64,000 nt of DNA. Source: Escherichia coli. Lineage in GTDB: Bacteria; Pseudomonadota; Gammaproteobacteria; Enterobacterales; Enterobacteriaceae. The DNA is taken from NCBI RefSeq assembly GCF_013315695.1, contig NZ_CP054353.1; one strand, written 5' to 3'. The translations under genes and the position numbers were made by a program. The notes beneath the pieces were generated by a model. That model was not told the origin of the DNA. It saw nothing but the letters and a program-made list of their open reading frames with translations, and did not search any database. Position 1 is the first letter of the stretch, and every line of letters begins with the position of its first letter. This document shows positions 56,494 through 64,000 of the stretch, piece after piece.

Positions 56494-57240
56494 ATGTTGC
56501 TTAGCATAATCACTGTCGCGTTTCGTAACCTCGAAGGGATAGTCAAAACACACGCCTCGCTGGCGCATCTGGCGCAGGCGGACGATATCAGCTTCGAATG
56601 GATTGTTGTCGATGGCGGTTCCAATGACGGCACCCGTGAGTACCTGGAAAATCTCAAGGGTATCTATAACCTACGCTTTGTCAGCGAACCAGATAACGGT
56701 ATCTACGACGCCATGAACAAGGGCATTGCGATGGCACAAGGCAAGTTCGCGTTGTTTCTCAACTCGGGCGATATTTTTCATCAGGATGCCGCATATTTTG
56801 TCCGTAAGTTAAAAGTGCAAAAAGATAACGTGATGATCACCGGCGATGCGCTGCTGGATTTTGGCGACGGGCATAAAATTAAACGTAGCGCCAAACCGGG
56901 CTGGTATATTTACCACAGCCTGCCCGCCAGTCATCAGGCGATATTTTTCCCGGTGTCCGGCTTGAAGAAATGGCGTTATGACCTGGAATATAAAGTTTCG
57001 TCCGACTACGCGCTGGCGGCCAAAATGTATAAAGCTGGTTATGCATTTAAAAAACTCAATGGCCTGGTGTCTGAATTTTCTATGGGTGGGGTATCAACCA
57101 CCAATAATATGGAATTGTGTGCTGACGCCAAAAAAGTCCAACGGCAGATATTGCACGTGCCTGGCTTTTGGGCTGAATTATCCTGGCATTTACGCCAACG
57201 TACGACCTCAAAGACGAAAGCCTTATATAACAAAAGCTGA
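56494..57240 (+). CDS. wcaE: Colanic acid glycosyltransferase WcaE (GT2)
   Basis: 248-aa ORF; GT2-like N-terminus ([10 protein letters not shown]...DGGSNDGT). Confidence 0.85.
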   Translation: MLLSIITVAFRNLEGIVKTHASLAHLAQADDISFEWIVVDGGSNDGTREYLENLKGIYNLRFVSEPDNGIYDAMNKGIAMAQGKFALFLNSGDIFHQDAAYFVRKLKVQKDNVMITGDALLDFGDGHKIKRSAKPGWYIYHSLPASHQAIFFPVSGLKKWRYDLEYKVSSDYALAAKMYKAGYAFKKLNGLVSEFSMGGVSTTNNMELCADAKKVQRQILHVPGFWAELSWHLRQRTTSKTKALYNKS

Positions 57241-57255
57241 ATATAAGGGAAAACG

Positions 57256-57804
57256 ATGCAGGATTTAAGTGGATTCTCGGTGCCGAAAGGGTTCCGGGGT
57301 GGCAACGCTATTAAAGTGCAATTGTGGTGGGCAGTACAGGCAACAATATTTGCCTGGTCGCCACAAGTATTGTATCGCTGGCGGGCATTTTTATTACGTT
57401 TATTCGGCGCAAAAATAGGAAAAAACGTAGTGATTCGTCCGTCAGTAAAAATTACCTATCCGTGGAAATTAACCTTAGGTGATTACGCGTGGGTCGGCGA
57501 TGAGGTCAATTTATATACCCTCGGTGAAATAACCATTGGCGCACATTCGGTGATATCGCAAAAAAGTTATTTATGCACCGGTAGCCACGACCATGCAAGT
57601 CAACATTTCACCATTAACGCCACGCCTATTGTGATTGGCGAGAAATGCTGGCTGGCAACCGATGTCTTTGTTGCCCCTGGCGTCACGATCGGCAACGGCA
57701 CCGTCGTGGGTGCGCGAAGCAGTGTTTTTAAATCGCTTCCGGCAAATGTGGTTTGCCGGGGGAATCCCGCAGTGGTGATACGCGAACGCGTTGAAACTGA
57801 ATAA
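57256..57804 (+). CDS. wcaF: Colanic acid acetyltransferase WcaF (hexapeptide-repeat)
   Basis: 182-aa ORF with hexapeptide repeats. Confidence 0.85.
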   Translation: MQDLSGFSVPKGFRGGNAIKVQLWWAVQATIFAWSPQVLYRWRAFLLRLFGAKIGKNVVIRPSVKITYPWKLTLGDYAWVGDEVNLYTLGEITIGAHSVISQKSYLCTGSHDHASQHFTINATPIVIGEKCWLATDVFVAPGVTIGNGTVVGARSSVFKSLPANVVCRGNPAVVIRERVETE

Positions 57805-57830
57805 ATTCAAAAAATACAGAGGAATAAGAC

Positions 57831-58952
57831 ATGTCAAAAGTCGCTCTCATCACCGGTGTAACCGGACAAGACGGTTCTTACCTGGCAGAGTTTCTGCTGG
57901 AAAAAGGTTACGAGGTGCATGGTATTAAGCGTCGTGCATCGTCATTCAACACCGAGCGCGTGGATCACATTTATCAGGATCCGCACACCTGCAACCCGAA
58001 ATTCCATCTGCATTATGGCGATCTGAGTGATACCTCCAACCTGACGCGCATTTTGCGTGAAGTACAGCCGGATGAAGTGTACAACCTGGGGGCAATGAGC
58101 CACGTTGCGGTTTCTTTTGAGTCACCGGAATATACCGCTGACGTTGATGCGATGGGTACGCTGCGCCTGCTCGAGGCGATCCGCTTCCTCGGTCTGGAAA
58201 AGAAAACCCGTTTCTATCAGGCTTCCACCTCTGAACTGTACGGTCTGGTGCAGGAAATTCCGCAGAAAGAAACCACGCCGTTCTACCCGCGATCTCCGTA
58301 TGCGGTCGCCAAACTGTACGCCTACTGGATCACCGTTAACTACCGCGAATCCTACGGCATGTACGCCTGCAACGGTATTCTCTTCAACCATGAATCCCCG
58401 CGCCGTGGCGAAACCTTCGTTACCCGCAAAATCACCCGCGCAATCGCCAATATCGCCCAGGGGCTGGAGTCGTGCCTGTATCTCGGCAATATGGATTCCC
58501 TGCGTGACTGGGGCCACGCCAAAGACTACGTAAAAATGCAGTGGATGATGCTGCAACAGGAACAACCGGAAGATTTCGTTATTGCCACCGGCGTTCAGTA
58601 CTCCGTGCGTCAGTTCGTGGAAATGGCGGCGGCACAGCTGGGCATCAAACTGCGCTTTGAAGGCACGGGCGTTGAAGAGAAGGGCATTGTGGTTTCCGTC
58701 ACCGGGCATGATGCACCAGGCGTTAAACCGGGTGATGTGATTATCGCCGTTGACCCGCGCTACTTCCGTCCTGCTGAAGTAGAAACACTGCTCGGCGACC
58801 CGACCAAAGCGCACGAAAAACTGGGCTGGAAACCGGAAATCACCCTCAGAGAGATGGTGTCTGAAATGGTGGCTAATGACCTCGAAGCGGCGAAAAAACA
58901 CTCTCTGCTGAAATCTCACGGCTACGACGTGGCGATCGCGCTGGAGTCATAA
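57831..58952 (+). CDS. gmd: GDP-mannose 4,6-dehydratase
   Basis: 373-aa SDR-family ORF ([19 protein letters not shown]) recognised as Gmd. Confidence 0.9.
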
Positions 58953-58954
58953 GC

Positions 58955-59920
58955 ATGAGTAAACAACGCATTTTTATTGCTGGCCATCGCGGGATGGTCG
59001 GTTCCGCCATCAGGCGGCAGCTCGAACAGCGCGGTGATGTAGAGCTGGTATTACGCACCCGCGATGAACTGAACCTGCTGGACAGCCGCGCCGTGCATGA
59101 TTTCTTTGCCAGCGAACGTATTGACCAGGTCTATCTGGCGGCGGCGAAAGTGGGCGGCATTGTTGCCAACAACACGTATCCGGCGGATTTCATCTATCAG
59201 AACATGATGATTGAGAGCAACATCATTCACGCCGCGCATCAGAACGACGTGAACAAACTGCTGTTTCTCGGATCGTCCTGTATCTACCCGAAACTGGCAA
59301 AACAGCCGATGGCAGAAAGCGAGTTATTGCAGGGTACGCTGGAGCCGACTAACGAGCCTTATGCTATTGCCAAAATCGCCGGGATCAAACTGTGCGAATC
59401 TTACAACCGCCAGTATGGACGCGATTACCGCTCGGTCATGCCGACCAACCTGTATGGCCCGCATGACAACTTCCACCCGAGTAATTCGCATGTGATCCCT
59501 GCATTGCTGCGTCGCTTCCACGAGGCGACGGCACAGAATGCACCGGACGTGGTGGTGTGGGGCAGCGGTACACCGATGCGCGAATTTCTGCACGTCGATG
59601 ATATGGCGGCGGCGAGCATTCATGTGATGGAGCTGGCGCACGAAGTCTGGCTGGAGAACACCCAACCGATGCTGTCGCACATTAACGTCGGCACGGGCGT
59701 TGACTGCACTATCCGCGAGCTGGCGCAAACCATCGCCAAAGTGGTGGGTTACAAAGGTCGGGTGGTTTTTGATGCCAGTAAACCGGATGGTACGCCGCGC
59801 AAACTGCTGGATGTGACGCGCCTGCATCAGCTTGGCTGGTATCACGAAATCTCACTGGAAGCGGGGCTTGCCAGCACTTACCAGTGGTTCCTTGAGAATC
59901 AAGACCGCTTTCGGGGGTAA
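58955..59920 (+). CDS. fcl: GDP-L-fucose synthase
   Basis: 321-aa SDR-family ORF ([14 protein letters not shown]) following gmd. Confidence 0.9.
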   Translation: MSKQRIFIAGHRGMVGSAIRRQLEQRGDVELVLRTRDELNLLDSRAVHDFFASERIDQVYLAAAKVGGIVANNTYPADFIYQNMMIESNIIHAAHQNDVNKLLFLGSSCIYPKLAKQPMAESELLQGTLEPTNEPYAIAKIAGIKLCESYNRQYGRDYRSVMPTNLYGPHDNFHPSNSHVIPALLRRFHEATAQNAPDVVVWGSGTPMREFLHVDDMAAASIHVMELAHEVWLENTQPMLSHINVGTGVDCTIRELAQTIAKVVGYKGRVVFDASKPDGTPRKLLDVTRLHQLGWYHEISLEAGLASTYQWFLENQDRFRG

Positions 59921-60402
59921 TGATGTTTTTACGTCAGGAAGACTTTGCCACGGTAGTGCGCTCCACTCCGCTTGTCTCTCTCGACTTTATTGTCGAGAAC
60001 AGTCGCGGCGAGTTTCTGCTTGGCAAAAGAACCAACCGCCCGGCGCAGGGTTACTGGTTTGTGCCGGGAGGGCGCGTGCAGAAAGACGAAACGCTGGAAG
60101 CCGCATTTGAGCGGCTGACGATGGCGGAACTGGGGCTGCGTCTGCCGATAACAGCAGGCCAGTTTTACGGTGTCTGGCAGCACTTTTATGACGATAACTT
60201 CTCTGGCACGGATTTCACCACTCACTATGTGGTGCTCGGTTTTCGCTTCAGAGTAGCGGAAGAAGAACTGTTACTGCCGGATGAGCAGCATGACGATTAC
60301 CGCTGGCTGACGCCGGACGCGTTGCTCGCCAGTGACAATGTTCACGCTAACAGCCGCGCCTATTTTCTCGCTGAGAAGCGTGCCGGAGTACCCGGATTAT
60401 GA
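59920..60402 (+). CDS. gmm: GDP-mannose mannosyl hydrolase (Nudix)
   Basis: 160-aa ORF; start may be the second ATG (59923). Confidence 0.85.
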   Translation: MMFLRQEDFATVVRSTPLVSLDFIVENSRGEFLLGKRTNRPAQGYWFVPGGRVQKDETLEAAFERLTMAELGLRLPITAGQFYGVWQHFYDDNFSGTDFTTHYVVLGFRFRVAEEELLLPDEQHDDYRWLTPDALLASDNVHANSRAYFLAEKRAGVPGL

Positions 60403-61622
60403 AAATACTGGTCTACGGCATTAACTACTCGCCGGAGTTAACCGGCATCGGCAAGTACACCGGCGAGATGGTGGAATGGCTGGCGGCACAAGGTCATGAG
60501 GTGCGGGTTATTACCGCACCGCCTTACTACCCGCAATGGCAGGTGGGCGAGAACTATTCCGCCTGGCGGTACAAACGAGAAGAGGGGGCCGCCACGGTGT
60601 GGCGCTGCCCGCTGTACGTGCCAAAACAGCCGAGCACCCTGAAACGCCTGTTACATCTCGGCAGTTTTGCCGTCAGCAGTTTTTTCCCGTTGATGGCGCA
60701 ACGTCGCTGGAAGCCGGATCGCATTATTGGCGTAGTGCCAACGCTGTTTTGCACGCCGGGAATGCGCCTGCTGGCGAAACTCTCTGGTGCGCGTACCGTG
60801 CTGCATATTCAGGATTACGAAGTGGACGCCATGCTGGGGCTGGGCCTTGCCGGAAAAGGCAAAGGCGGCAAAGTGGCACAGCTGGCGACGGCGTTCGAAC
60901 GTAGCGGACTGCATAACGTCGATAACGTCTCCACGATTTCGCGTTCGATGATGAATAAAGCCATCGAAAAAGGCGTGGCGGCAGAAAACGTCATCTTCTT
61001 CCCCAACTGGTCAGAAATTGCCCGTTTTCAGCATGTCGCAGACGCCGATGTTGATGCCCTTCGTAACCAGCTTGGCCTGCCGGATAACAAAAAAATCATT
61101 CTTTACTCCGGCAATATTGGTGAAAAGCAGGGGCTGGAAAACGTTATTGAAGCTGCCGATCGCCTGCGTGATGAACCGCTGATTTTTGCCATTGTCGGGC
61201 AGGGCGGCGGCAAAGCTCGGCTGGAAAAAATGGCGCAACAGCGTGGTCTGCACATCATGCAATTTTTTCCGCTGCAATCGTATGACGCTTTACCCGCACT
61301 GCTGAAGATGGGCGATTGCCATCTGGTAGTGCAAAAACGCGGCGCGGCAGATGCCGTATTACCGTCGAAACTGACCAATATTCTGGCGGTAGGCGGTAAC
61401 GCGGTGATTACTGCTGAAGCCCACACAGAACTGGGACAGCTTTGCGAAACCTTTCCGGGCATTGCGGTTTGCGTAGAACCGGAATCGGTCGAGGCGCTGG
61501 TGGCGGGGATCCGTCAGGCGCTCCTGCTGCCCAAACACAACACGGTGGCACGTGAATATGCCGAACGCACGCTCGATAAAGAGAACGTGTTACGTCAATT
61601 TATAAATGATATTCGGGGATAA
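60399..61622 (+). CDS. wcaI: Colanic acid glycosyltransferase WcaI (GT1/GT4)
   Basis: 407-aa ORF; cluster position. Confidence 0.85.
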   Translation: MKILVYGINYSPELTGIGKYTGEMVEWLAAQGHEVRVITAPPYYPQWQVGENYSAWRYKREEGAATVWRCPLYVPKQPSTLKRLLHLGSFAVSSFFPLMAQRRWKPDRIIGVVPTLFCTPGMRLLAKLSGARTVLHIQDYEVDAMLGLGLAGKGKGGKVAQLATAFERSGLHNVDNVSTISRSMMNKAIEKGVAAENVIFFPNWSEIARFQHVADADVDALRNQLGLPDNKKIILYSGNIGEKQGLENVIEAADRLRDEPLIFAIVGQGGGKARLEKMAQQRGLHIMQFFPLQSYDALPALLKMGDCHLVVQKRGAADAVLPSKLTNILAVGGNAVITAEAHTELGQLCETFPGIAVCVEPESVEALVAGIRQALLLPKHNTVAREYAERTLDKENVLRQFINDIRG

Positions 61623-61624
61623 TT

Positions 61625-63061
61625 ATGGCGCAGTCGAAACTCTATCCAGTTGTGATGGCAGGTGGCTCCGGTAGCCGCTTATGGCCGCTTTCCCGCGTAC
61701 TTTACCCCAAGCAGTTTTTATGCCTGAAAGGCGATCTCACCATGCTGCAAACCACCATCTGCCGCCTGAACGGCGTGGAGTGCGAAAGCCCGGTGGTGAT
61801 TTGCAATGAGCAGCACCGCTTTATTGTCGCGGAACAGCTGTGTCAACTGAACAAACTCACCGAGAACATTATTCTCGAACCGGCAGGGCGTAACACTGCA
61901 CCTGCCATTGCGCTGGCGGCGCTGGCGGCAAAACGTCATAGCCCGGAGAGCGACCCGTTAATGCTGGTCTTGGCGGCGGATCATGTGATTGCCGATGAAG
62001 ACGCGTTCCGTGCCGCCGTGCGTAATGCCATGCCATATGCCGAAGCGGGCAAGCTGGTGACCTTCGGCATTGTGCCGGATCTACCTGAAACCGGATATGG
62101 CTATATTCGTCGCGGTGAAGTGTCTGCGGGTGAGCAGGATACGGTGGCCTTTGAAGTGGCGCAGTTTGTCGAAAAACCGAATCTGGAAACCGCCCAGGCC
62201 TATGTAGCAAGCGGCGAATATTACTGGAACAGCGGCATGTTCCTGTTCCGCGCCGGATGCTATCTCGAAGAACTGAAAAAATATCGCCCGGATATTCTCG
62301 ACGCCTGTGAAAAAGCGATGAGCGCCGTCGATCCGGATCTCGATTTTATTCGTGTGGATGAAGAAGCGTTTCTGGCCTGCCCGGAAGAGTCGGTGGATTA
62401 CGCGGTCATGGAACGAACGGCAGATGCCGTTGTGGTGCCGATGGATGCAGGCTGGAGCGATGTCGGCTCCTGGTCCTCTTTATGGGAGATCAGCGCCCAC
62501 ACCGCCGAGGGCAACGTTTGCCACGGTGATGTGATTAATCACAAAACCGAAAACAGCTATGTGTATGCCGAATCTGGCCTGGTCACCACCGTCGGGGTGA
62601 AAGATTTGGTGGTAGTGCAGACCAAAGATGCGGTGCTGATTGCCGACCGTAACGCGGTTCAGGATGTGAAAAAAGTGGTCGAGCAGATCAAAGCCGATGG
62701 TCGCCATGAGCATCGGGTGCATCGCGAAGTGTATCGCCCGTGGGGCAAATATGACTCTATCGACGCGGGCGATCGCTACCAGGTGAAACGCATCACCGTG
62801 AAACCGGGCGAAGGTTTGTCGGTACAGATGCATCATCACCGCGCGGAACACTGGGTAGTGGTCGCAGGAACGGCAAAAGTCACCATCGACGGTGATATCA
62901 AGCTGCTTGGTGAAAACGAGTCCATTTATATTCCGCTGGGGGCGACGCATTGCCTGGAAAACCCGGGGAAAATTCCGCTCGATTTAATTGAAGTACGCTC
63001 CGGCTCTTATCTCGAAGAGGATGATGTGGTGCGCTTCGCGGATCGCTACGGACGGGTGTAG
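61625..63061 (+). CDS. cpsB: Mannose-1-phosphate guanylyltransferase (ManC)
   Basis: 478-aa ORF with nucleotidyltransferase N-terminus ([15 protein letters not shown]) and cupin C-terminus. Confidence 0.9.
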   Translation: MAQSKLYPVVMAGGSGSRLWPLSRVLYPKQFLCLKGDLTMLQTTICRLNGVECESPVVICNEQHRFIVAEQLCQLNKLTENIILEPAGRNTAPAIALAALAAKRHSPESDPLMLVLAADHVIADEDAFRAAVRNAMPYAEAGKLVTFGIVPDLPETGYGYIRRGEVSAGEQDTVAFEVAQFVEKPNLETAQAYVASGEYYWNSGMFLFRAGCYLEELKKYRPDILDACEKAMSAVDPDLDFIRVDEEAFLACPEESVDYAVMERTADAVVVPMDAGWSDVGSWSSLWEISAHTAEGNVCHGDVINHKTENSYVYAESGLVTTVGVKDLVVVQTKDAVLIADRNAVQDVKKVVEQIKADGRHEHRVHREVYRPWGKYDSIDAGDRYQVKRITVKPGEGLSVQMHHHRAEHWVVVAGTAKVTIDGDIKLLGENESIYIPLGATHCLENPGKIPLDLIEVRSGSYLEEDDVVRFADRYGRV

Positions 63062-63162
63062 CAGTTGCATAATCAACCGGATTAATTCTTCGGTAAATAA
63101 CGACAAAAACAAAATTGGCCGTTTCGGTCAGGGCCAACTATTGCCTGAAAAAGGGTAAAGAC

Positions 63163-64000
63163 ATGAAAAAATTAACCTGCTTTAAAGCCTATGATATTCG
63201 CGGGAAATTAGGCGAAGAACTGAATGAAGATATTGCCTGGCGCATTGGTCGCGCCTATGGCGAATTTCTCAAACCGAAAACCATTGTGTTAGGCGGTGAT
63301 GTCCGCCTCACCAGCGAAACCTTAAAACTGGCGCTGGCGAAAGGTTTACAGGATGCGGGCGTCGATGTGCTGGATATTGGCATGTCCGGCACCGAAGAGA
63401 TCTATTTCGCCACGTTCCATCTCGGCGTGGATGGCGGCATCGAAGTTACCGCCAGCCATAACCCGATGGATTACAACGGCATGAAGCTGGTGCGCGAAGG
63501 GGCTCGCCCGATCAGCGGCGATACCGGACTGCGCGACGTCCAGCGTCTGGCAGAAGCCAACGACTTTCCTCCCGTTGATGAAACCAAACGCGGTCGCTAT
63601 CAGCAAATCAACCTGCGTGATGCATACGTTGATCACCTGTTCGGTTATATCAATGTCAAAAACCTTACGCCGCTCAAGCTGGTGATCAACTCCGGGAACG
63701 GCGCAGCGGGTCCGGTGGTGGACGCCATCGAAGCCCGTTTTAAAGCCCTCGGCGCACCGGTGGAGTTAATCAAAGTGCATAACACGCCGGACGGCAATTT
63801 CCCCAACGGTATTCCTAACCCGTTGCTGCCGGAATGCCGCGACGACACCCGTAATGCGGTCATCAAACACGGCGCGGATATGGGCATTGCCTTTGATGGC
63901 GATTTTGACCGCTGTTTCCTGTTTGACGAAAAAGGGCAGTTTATTGAGGGCTACTACATTGTCGGCCTGCTGGCAGAAGCATTCCTCGAAAAAAATCCCG
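63163..64000 (+). CDS. cpsG: Phosphomannomutase (ManB), 5' portion only; continues past the window end
   Basis: ORF starting [19 protein letters not shown] with phosphoserine motif TASHNP; no stop within the window. Confidence 0.85.
   Translation, partial: MKKLTCFKAYDIRGKLGEELNEDIAWRIGRAYGEFLKPKTIVLGGDVRLTSETLKLALAKGLQDAGVDVLDIGMSGTEEIYFATFHLGVDGGIEVTASHNPMDYNGMKLVREGARPISGDTGLRDVQRLAEANDFPPVDETKRGRYQQINLRDAYVDHLFGYINVKNLTPLKLVINSGNGAAGPVVDAIEARFKALGAPVELIKVHNTPDGNFPNGIPNPLLPECRDDTRNAVIKHGADMGIAFDGDFDRCFLFDEKGQFIEGYYIVGLLAEAFLEKNP

Noticed and set aside
59324-59845. 173-aa minus-strand ORF inside fcl and similar antisense ORFs within gmd (58122..58919), wzc and cpsB
   Set aside because: Antisense to strongly supported biosynthetic genes with clear SDR/kinase motifs; no independent coding signal.

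Overview
This window reads as an Escherichia coli chromosomal segment, in reverse-complement orientation relative to the K-12 map as I recall it, running from thiMD through the galactitol (gat) operon, the baeSR-mdtABCD efflux/two-component locus, and into the colanic acid capsule cluster (wza to cpsG, the last gene cut by the window edge). Gene identities are from recognising the translated ORFs and conserved motifs; no database search was run. Most of the window is conserved core genome. The accessory or unusual content is: (1) two complete 768-bp IS1 copies, each with its own 9-bp target-site duplication, in inverted orientation, one of them interrupting gatA; (2) a 7-bp tandem duplication that frameshifts the diguanylate cyclase gene dgcE (yegE); (3) a ParDE-like toxin-antitoxin pair between yegQ and yegP; (4) a HigB/HigA-like pair between asmA and yegH whose toxin is frameshifted; (5) tandem ibs/sib type I toxin-antitoxin repeats; (6) an unrecognised 94-aa ORF beside thiM with a 22-bp perfect palindrome in its upstream region. 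The best candidate for a poorly described multi-gene system is the translationally coupled yegL-yegK-yegI triad (vWA protein, PP2C-like phosphatase, membrane kinase-like protein with a C-terminal helix-hairpin-helix) with the adjacent Hsp70-like yegD; its architecture resembles TerY-P-type triads that have been reported as phage-defence systems. This triad is conserved rather than novel, and I found no clearly undescribed system beyond these candidates. No CRISPR array, rRNA or tRNA was found.
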